DNA of 64,000 nt, taken from positions 14,260,001-14,324,000 of the forward strand of contig CM022677.1 of NCBI GenBank assembly GCA_012295275.1, in the 5' to 3' direction. This document shows positions 55,156 through 64,000 of this stretch, piece by piece; position 1 is the stretch's first letter; every line of letters begins with the position of its first letter. Source of the stretch: Chrysomallon squamiferum. Its lineage: Eukaryota; Animalia; Mollusca. The notes beneath the pieces are model-generated. The model worked only from the letters and a program-made list of their open reading frames with translations, was not told where the DNA came from and ran no database searches. Both the position numbers and the translations under genes were made by a program.

Positions 55156-55565
55156 GAAATCCGTGAACATCTTCCAAGTTACGAAGATTTAGAAGGGGCC
55201 GCTGCAGCTGTGTTTCGACTTCAAGACACGTACAAATTAAATACGACAAGATTAGCAGATGGTTTTATATATGAACGATATATACAGAGATTATCAGCAG
55301 AAGACTGTTATCAATTAGGTCGCCTTGCATACAAATGGAAAATACAAAAAGTATTCAAGTATATCAAAACTTAGCAAAGAAAGGAGGAAAAAATGCCAGT
55401 TAAAGAAAACACAACTTTCGATGCACTCTGTCGTGGTGAATACGTTATTAAAGTACGAAAACGACATCGTTTGAAATAACAATATCAAAAATCCGCTTCT
55501 AATTCTTGAGCCTGATAAAGAAGAGATTCTGCAATTAATGTTAAACTTGGAGGCCATGACAGACA
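55156..55565 (+). pseudogene. P4HA: Prolyl 4-hydroxylase alpha subunit pseudogene (intronless here, internally deleted)
   Basis: EIREHLPSYEDLEGAAAAVFRLQDTYKLNTTRLADG...LSAEDCYQLGRLAY matches the P4HA N-terminal motifs (P..ED..GAA.AL.RLQDTY.L; L.AEDC.ELG..AY). It is followed by FDALCRGE and NPLLILEPDKEE, joined via stops and frameshifts with most intervening sequence missing. Confidence 0.85.
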
Positions 55566-58117
55566 AAGAAATACGAAAAAAAACCTAACTAAAAAAAGCA
55601 CAATCCCCCCCCAAAAAAACCGCAGTCATCAGTGACAGACTGTTTATCCTCTGACAACTGATAGACCATTAACATTTGTAATAAAAAAATATTCCAGTTT
55701 TAGGTTATTTTAATCTTTAAAAAAAGCTCTCTGTCTAAAACGGTATATCACGTTGGTTTCAATGAATCATCCGGTTTTGACAGCGTCCACTGTATTTATC
55801 TTTATTGTTTATATTTTATGATTTATCAATAATAGATACGTATATTGTTTATAGTATGTATCAATTATGTAAATTGATATTCCTGGAAGATACCTATACA
55901 TTTACCTTTGTTACTCATTATACAGCTATATTCGTTTCAGTTGATTTTTTTATATATACTGGTATACCTTTATATAATGGTAGAATATTACTTTCTTGAA
56001 ATGTTTTTATTTTATTTTTTTGTATTCTTTAAATACTTTGGAGTACATGTTTGTAATTTAGTTTGTAAAATGTTCGTCGTCTGCTTTTTGAAACGTTTTC
56101 AAGAGCAGATAATCGAAAATGAATTATTAAACAATACGATGTAGAATCTTGTCACAAGACTCGAGTGTAATTTTTATTTTTTTTGAGAAATTTAGCTGAA
56201 TTTTTATTGATCAATCAACAGAGTAATCAGTTATATTTTCATTTTCATTTAAATTATTATGTAATTATATTTAGCAGATATGTAAAGAGACGGACAGGAG
56301 GTCTCTCGGTGGCCTTGAACAATGTAGACCTTCCCGTTGTAACTAAACATAGATTACTGGTGACAAATGAAAACAGCTACTGAAATCTCTATGTCTATAG
56401 CCCAGTTTGCATTCATTATTTCCCATTCTTTTTCTAAGGTTGATTTAAAATAATTCGGATAATTACAGATCTATTACATTGCTAAGTTGTCTTGAGAAGC
56501 TTCTTAAATAACAGCTAGAGTTGTGTAAACAAATAATAGAATAATTATTGTATTACGTTTTCACATTAAACCGATTTTACGTACAGATATTATGATCATG
56601 GTGTTTAAAAATAAATCTTGCTTAAAATTGATTCTGTATATGACTGTGCGTGAGCGTGTGCGTGCAAAACATTGACGGTAGTTACAAATATTTATGGGAA
56701 TTATAGGCCTAACGTTGGGATTGATCTTTTCTCAAAATATGTCTAGTCGACATGTTTATATTTCCCGCCGATCTTTCTACGTCACTGGAAATCTTTAGTT
56801 GAAAATTATTTCGTCAGTGGCTAAGAAACGCAATCATTTTGAAGAAAACGATAGCTTAGTTTAATAGTTTTCATTAAAAGAATTTCATTGTTTTACAAGC
56901 AACGAAAATTAGGAAGTATTCAACACAATACAAATGAAAGTGAGACTAATTCCTACTAACTCTCGTTAAAATGTAGGTACATGTGTGTGAACGTGGATTT
57001 ATTTATTTTTGGTAGTCTTCCAGTTTACATGTACCCTTTTTTCGCAGAGTTTCTACGTTTTTCTGTTTTACTGCTTTTCTGAATTAAACTAATCAAATCT
57101 AACAATTTTCTCAACATTAATATAAACAGTCGAAATCAATCTAGTCAGCCACACGGAACTCTTTGTTTTCTTAAGTACATATCTTTTTCAATTTCCTGTC
57201 TGTTGTATTTATAACAAAAATAAATGTTAGCTTGTATTTATAACAAAAATAAGTGTGTGTGTGTGTGTGTGTGTGTGTTTATTTTATTGTTGTTTTTATT
57301 TATTTATTTTTTTATTTTAATTTAAAGCTAGCGAATTAAAATGACAATAGAAAAATTGCTTGATCTGCATCCTGATAAAGATGAGACAAAAATCTTTTTT
57401 TTTTTTTTATTTATTTTAAATTTCTTTCAAATTTTGAAATGCCGTCAGTGTTTGGCAACAATGGACAAGAAAAACAAAGAGGAATAAAAAGAAGCCCACA
57501 AACATAAATTAGAATAGTGACATAGCTTATGCCAGGATGTAATTTGATATTCAATCTTATCTACAAAGACATATTATTGTCATCTACATCCATTGGTATG
57601 AATTATAAAGGTTTTATTTATTTATTTATTTATTTATTTTTAAACTTTTCTACCTAGTGTTACTACACTTGAAAAGTTTTATTATGTTCTTTTCTTCATT
57701 TGTGCACGATGCATACGGTTGTCACAGTTTTAAACACACACGCACACACACACACACACATACACACACACACTAATATTAATAATCAAAAGAAATGTTA
57801 CCACAGTACAGTCGAAATTTCACAAATATATTAAAACATTTACTTTCATATGTTTTTATTTAACATTTCAGCACGCCAGGAAAAGACACACGAAAAGATG
57901 AATATATCCTTCATTTGATTAGTTTCTACTTTGTTACTGATAATAGTTGATAGAATAGGTTCAAACATTGATCGCACACACACATTTTTGTTTTAAGAGA
58001 ACATATCGATTTATAATTTGTATGTATATTTTGATAAAGGTTATTGTGTTCCTTTATTTATTTTATTTTTTATTTTTATTTTTATTTTTGTTATTGTTAT
58101 TGTAGCTGCAGAAACAT

Positions 58118-58228
58118 TCGGGATGATTGCCGGTGTTTAGGGATTTACTGTTTTATTTGATGTTCGAAGAATCTTATACAGAATTGCCACATGATGGCAG
58201 CCATCTTATTCGAGAACAATAATTATAT
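58118..58228 (+). repeat. Inverted, internally deleted copy of 53031-53270
   Basis: cgggatgattg...ggatttact...tgttcgaagaat...tacagaattg and tgatggcagccat...gagaacaataattat match the reverse complements of ~53205-53270 and ~53031-53064. Confidence 0.75.
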
Positions 58229-60016
58229 GTCAGAACTTTTGTAGATAATCAGATATAAATCTTGAAACTAGAAGCCTTCAGCTGTTATTCATTATTACAA
58301 AAATATAGTAAATTACATAGTTTTATACTTTGATTTAAAAGTAACAATGGATTCTCTGAACAGCATCGTGACTGAGAGAACAAGCAGGAATCATCTCCTT
58401 TATTGAAGACGAAACAACATTTATTTTCCTAAAATCTTGATATTTCCACATTGGTTGATTGATGTATAAGATACAACGTGAACTAAACCTGGATACAACT
58501 GAAATCTGTCATGTTGACTTATGTCTTCAACACAGTGAGATCTCCTAAAAACAGAAAAAAGAAAAACATTCTATTATGAAATTAAGTGGAGGCATTGTAA
58601 CAGTTTATGCATCATGCTTAAAAGTACTGTAGGGCTTTAGAAAGCATCATTTTGATATAAAACATGTGTATACTGGTTTGAAACTGTATGAGATATTCAG
58701 TCTTCTGTTTGCCAAATGACTGAAATGGATCTCTGATTTTCCACAGATTACGAAGGAAAAATACCTGCAAATTTTATTCAGATAATAATAAACATCAATC
58801 ATATTTTGTTGTCATTTTAACATACATACCGGTCTAGAAAAAGAAAATAAATATTTAATTATCAATACAATCTCAGGTGCAGCTAAAAATTAATCCTGTT
58901 TTTCTTAGCAACAGAGAACTGCAGTCTGGAGGGCCTCTTTATTTCTCAATTTCTCAACTATCGTTCTTGAATGAGATGATATTCATTTAGTTATATGACA
59001 CATTTTACGGAAAATTACAGGTATGATTTCACTGTAAACATTCAGAAATATAGATGGAACTTCCGTGTTTTAATGTTTTTATAAATAACAGTAACTTTAT
59101 ATGTGACGTGAAACATTTATCGAGAAATAAAGAGGGCGCGTCTAGTGTGACATTTTATAAACACCAGAAACATGTTTCACTGAAAAACACACACAGCAGA
59201 ACTTTGTGCACTAACTTCAGATACCGCTACGAAGTGTCCGTTTTATTAAACGTAACGTGATATTTTACTTTGCTAATTCTAAATCGTATAATGAAAAGGT
59301 GTAATTTTACTGTACGTGGAACTTTAGTAGTATATACACTACAGAAAATATTGATACCACAGTTAATCTATTTGTTATTACGACAGTTATAAATGATAAT
59401 TCTACATGGCGTTATGAAAATAAGCGGTTTAATTACCTGTAAAAAGAAAACAAAAAGAGAATTAATTATGAGCAGTGATATTTATAGTTAAGTGTGTTGA
59501 GAACTGTTAATCTCATATTTATATCAGGTTATACTGAAAAATATCAGAGTTAATTTCTTGGAATCACGATAGCTGAGAACAAGCAAGGTTAAATTTAATT
59601 TGTTCATTACATTCATTAAAAGGTTACATCAGCGCAAGTTGTACAGTGTAATATACTTTACATTGCTAATTATACCTGAAGTTCTCTTATTACATTAGAT
59701 ATTAATATAACCGCTCCACCAGTAATAATCAATATAACAATGAAGCAGACACCGTAGTTGTCAAAGTCCTCTCTTTGTCAATAGCTAAATAACAACAACA
59801 ACAACAACAGTAATAACACCTTAATATATTTATTTTTAATTTGTTTTAATTTTTCTGTAAAAAATATGTTTAACGCTATTCTCCTAGTTTCATTAGAACT
59901 GTTCTGAGAGCGGATATAAAAATTCCTACGAACTTTTTACTAGGCCGCATAAAGTTATCAGATAAATCAGATTGTTTCTGTCGAGATAAAAACTAAATAC
60001 TTCTTTTGTAAAACAG

Positions 60017-60020
<4 letters not shown>

Positions 60021-60074
<54 letters not shown>
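60021..60074. repeat. (AAT)n microsatellite
   Basis: Read directly from the sequence. Confidence 0.95.
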
Positions 60075-60076
<2 letters not shown>

Positions 60077-63000
60077 TGATTTATTTATAATATAATTACA
60101 TGAGAAATCGTGAACTTTTCATAAAGCCACATTTAACTAAAGAATATCGCTGTTTACACTGATAATGTTACTCATCGATAACAAAATAAGACGCAAGTTT
60201 TATAACGTCTGTATTATTTATGAGAAATTAAAATTACATTAATTAGAGATTATCAGTTATATTATTGAATAAACATGGAATTTCATTCTAGATTAACTTA
60301 CTTTTCTTAGTGTTTAAAAAATCTGATATATTCTTAATTACATAATTTGATAAATTTAAATTTTAGATTAATCATGTAATTTCATGTAGGGAGAGATGTA
60401 AATTGTGTAATGTTATGTTACTGCGGTCATAAAACAAAGTATCACATTGTGACACTGAAAGGTGCACAGTTAATTTTCAGTAATATCAATACAATAATAA
60501 ATACAGTATTCATCTAGCATTTCACGCGTTTCTGTATAGTCTTATTATTCGTAAAGAAACTTATTATTAATGTTAACACACCCTAATGTTTCAGTATATA
60601 AGAAGGACATTAATTTGGGGGAAATCATATTAATATTAAAGTTGAAAGAAGATATTTATATTTCGATGCGAAGCGGAGATATTAAGTTTCTATCTTACGT
60701 TAACTTTACAAAATTATTCAACATATGGAATTATCAAAATACAACGATAATGTCGTTTATAATAAAATATTTCCTTTTTTCTGAGGCCTAGAATTGTTTT
60801 TGATCAGAGGACTGGTGAGTTCATAACAAACGTTAAACAATTTCGCTTGATCTCAGTTTTGTCGTAAAACGGCCATAATGTTAGCTGAAGCCGTTTTTCA
60901 GGTTTCTGAATAAAGGCCAAACACTAATTCTAAATGAAAGGGTTCATTTTAATATTATCACCGAAAATGTATATACGCAATCTGTATTTGTTGTTGTATG
61001 TGTGTGTGTGTCCATATGCATCTGACTGTATAAAACGTAAAATTATCCTATTTAAATTTATTTTGTGAATATGAATGTGTAAGAAAAATGCCTTTTTGTA
61101 AACTGCGAATGTGAAAAAAGGACTCAATATTTTTATTGAAATGTACGCAAACTAATAAAAACATTTTCCTTATATCAATTCAGGTGTTTTGTTTTATGAG
61201 TTACAGTCAGCGATCAAGTGAGTTAAGACAATTTACATTATCCTCACTTGAAGAAATCACAGTTGTTTTCACACGAGTGTTTACAATAATCATGTTCTGT
61301 GAAAAGGATATATTTTCAGAGATAGGTTTGATGCTGAAGTGTGCACTTGTTTAACCAACACAGCATGTTTTTCTGAGACTACCGAGTTCAATATTAATAA
61401 ACTGTAATGAAAATTATAAACAACATTCACACATTTCTTCATTGGAATATTTAGATTCCTGTTACAGAAATGTTTTCAAAGTTTTTGGTAGAGATGTTTA
61501 TTGCAATCGTAACAGTTCATTCAAATTTATCTTAAAAATGCTTTAATAATGAAAAAAAGGCAACAACAGAAAATGAAAACAATTATATTTATTTTAATAA
61601 ATATCAACATTAGTAATTATAACATCTAAACAACAAGTGTAAGTTAAATAGATATTTCTCTGTACAGAAGACAGCAGGTACAGATCTAGGGTGTGGTGTG
61701 TTAACATATTTGTGTGATGAGAAAATACCCCAAATGTTCTTTTACACCTCTACCATATAAACACTTTTTTTTCTCTCTTTCTCTCACACACTGCCTGAAA
61801 TAAAAATAAACAGTTACCAAGTAAAATTTCTCAAACAGATAGTCATAGAATTTTATAGTATTTTAAAAGAATGAGAAAGAGAGAGACAATGAGAAGCCGG
61901 CAAGAAAGATATAATGGGGGAGAAAAAAATAATAAGGAAGATGATCAAAATAAAATAAAATAGGAGTGAAATATTGAACACACACACACTCACACACACG
62001 CACACACACACACACACACACGTGTATACAAACATGGATTTGCACACATTTTTTACCATGCTCTTATTAGCTTCACAAAGTGTACTTACCATTCCAGTTT
62101 TATTTTGTAATTTGACCTTTTTTGTTTTAAACAAAACCCCAACGTGTAGATACAAAAAATACAAAAATATATATATATTTACAAACTTTCTTTACTTGAA
62201 TCAGAAATAAATCTGTTTTAGTTTTACCAATTAATATTATTTATTTATTTATTCATTTGTTTGTTAGTTTGTTATAATCAGTGTAATTCATTATTATTAT
62301 TATGAGCAACTGCTCATGGATAATAACATTTCCAAACATAAGGGAAATAACTCTCTTTAGATAAAACTTCTGGCAAATTAATTTTAAATTGTTAAAACAT
62401 ATGAAATAATGAAAGAAAGCAAATTCATTTCCCACCCAAATTAAAAACAAAATCAATAATAATAAACACCCTGAACACAATCTCATACCGGTTTTATATT
62501 TACCAAGAACAAGTAAAAAAATCAAATTCAACAGCAAAATTGTAAAAAATATAAAAATTAATTAATTAAAAATGGCTACAAAAAACATTATGCTGATACT
62601 GTCAAATTACATGTGCATTATAAACAAATAACAAAAATAATGTAAAAGAAACTATAATTTAACTACATTTGTCACTTATTTATTATTATTTTTATTTACC
62701 TGTTTTAAATTATTACATTGGATACTTAATTACTTTATTTAAAAGGAGCTAGTATCAAAAATTAATCTAGACATCTGTGGCTGTTATTTTTAAAGTCTGC
62801 TGAATAAATTGATTTGATGTTTTATTTGCTGAGTTTATTTTCTATTTTGTGCATACATATGCAGGCCTGCACTCACATAAACACACATCCAAGACACAAA
62901 ACAAACACAGAAAATAACACACATACAAACATTACAATACTCACACAACAGAAAAACACACACACACACACACACATATATATACTTAAGCAAAACCCAC

Positions 63001-63199
63001 ACATACACACACAAACAGACATAGCAATATATATAAACACATACACCAAAACAAACAAACAAATTCAGGCACACATATATGCAGTGACATACCAACATAC
63101 ATACTGACTTACATCCCCACACATACAGTGCAGAACATAAATTTAATAAATAATAACTGATATTATCAAAAAACTTCTTATAAAAACACTTCAATGAAA

Positions 63200-63925
63200 T
63201 CAAAGATCTGAGTTCTGCAGAATTAGCTCATGAAGAGCTGAATCTTCAGCCTGTCTCACTTTCATCCTCTTCTCCACTTCTTGTCTGAGAAAAACATTTC
63301 AGTATTTAATATTAATGTAATTAGGTATTGGTTTGTATAGTTTGTATTGTTGTATATTTACCTTTGTCACCCAGTAGCTGATATATTTTCATGCTGGGGT
63401 GTCCTTAAACATTCATTAATTCATTTGTATAGTTTGTAAAAACAATGGCTATCAAAAATCTCACAGTTATTTAAAGATAAGCATTAATTCCTGCCCATTT
63501 CACAAAAAGAACTGACATAATTTTATAAGCAGATGATACCAATATATATAATTACAAATAAAATATTCTTTTTAAATTTTAAAATTTGTTTGATGAATTA
63601 CTATTAATTGTTTTTACATTTTTTTTTTATATGTCGTTCCGTCAATCAAAGTGAAAACCAACTACTTTGTTAAATCAGATGTACAGCAGACACACTGGGT
63701 ATCATAATTATGCATATACATTTTATGAACAGGGAAAGAAAGTGAAAGGAACAAAGAAAGTGAAAGAGAAAATCAGAGATGCAAAGGAGAGAATTAGAGA
63801 TAATGAGAGAGAAATAAAAAGACTATGACATCATCACTATACCTGACTTCTGTCTCCAGTTCTGTACTTTTAACATCATCAGCTGTCATCTTAATTTTTG
63901 ACACTATGAAATGTATTGTCCAAAT
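63200..63925 (-). other. 3' exons of a second copy (paralogue) of the LRR-gene region; continues beyond the window
   Basis: 63292-63925 aligns by eye with 25918-26478 (two exons plus introns). An extra exon, QEVEKRMKVRQAEDSALHELILQNSDL*, lies at ~63285-63201. Confidence 0.7.
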
Positions 63926-64000
63926 ATCTCATAAACATAATAATCATTGTTAGTATTAAAGAACAAGGTTGCAGTTGTGATAAATATTTACAGCACAAAC

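Noticed and set aside
58400-61800. Scattered exon-like minus-strand blocks, including a hydrophobic stretch near 59675-59785
   Set aside because: No consistent frame or recognisable domain could be assembled by eye.

Overview
AT-rich, microsatellite-dense eukaryotic (invertebrate animal-like) genomic DNA with one 200-N scaffold gap. No CRISPR/cas, rRNA or tRNA genes were recognised. The main feature is a ~10 kb tandem array (13413-23171) of a ~1.14 kb unit. Each unit carries five different hairpins that share one near-invariant 22-nt 3' arm (UAGCACUAGCAAAUGCUGG[GAG/AGG]) and have divergent, G:U-compensated 5' arms and downstream CNNC motifs. This looks like an amplified cluster of about 42 pre-miRNAs, with an inverted copy of two hairpins at its left edge. 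Directly upstream and divergently oriented is an intact ORF combining basic NLS-like repeats, a TOPORS/ICP0-type RING finger and a hydrophobic C-terminal tail. The rest of the window is mostly decayed fragments: a MULE transposase, a TRIM RING/NHL pseudogene, a multi-exon RNI-like LRR gene with a second copy at the right edge, a Copia-type pol fragment, a prolyl-4-hydroxylase alpha retro-pseudogene, unidentified exon-like pieces, many minisatellites and several local or inverted duplications. All calls come from reading the sequence by eye; no database search or folding program was run.
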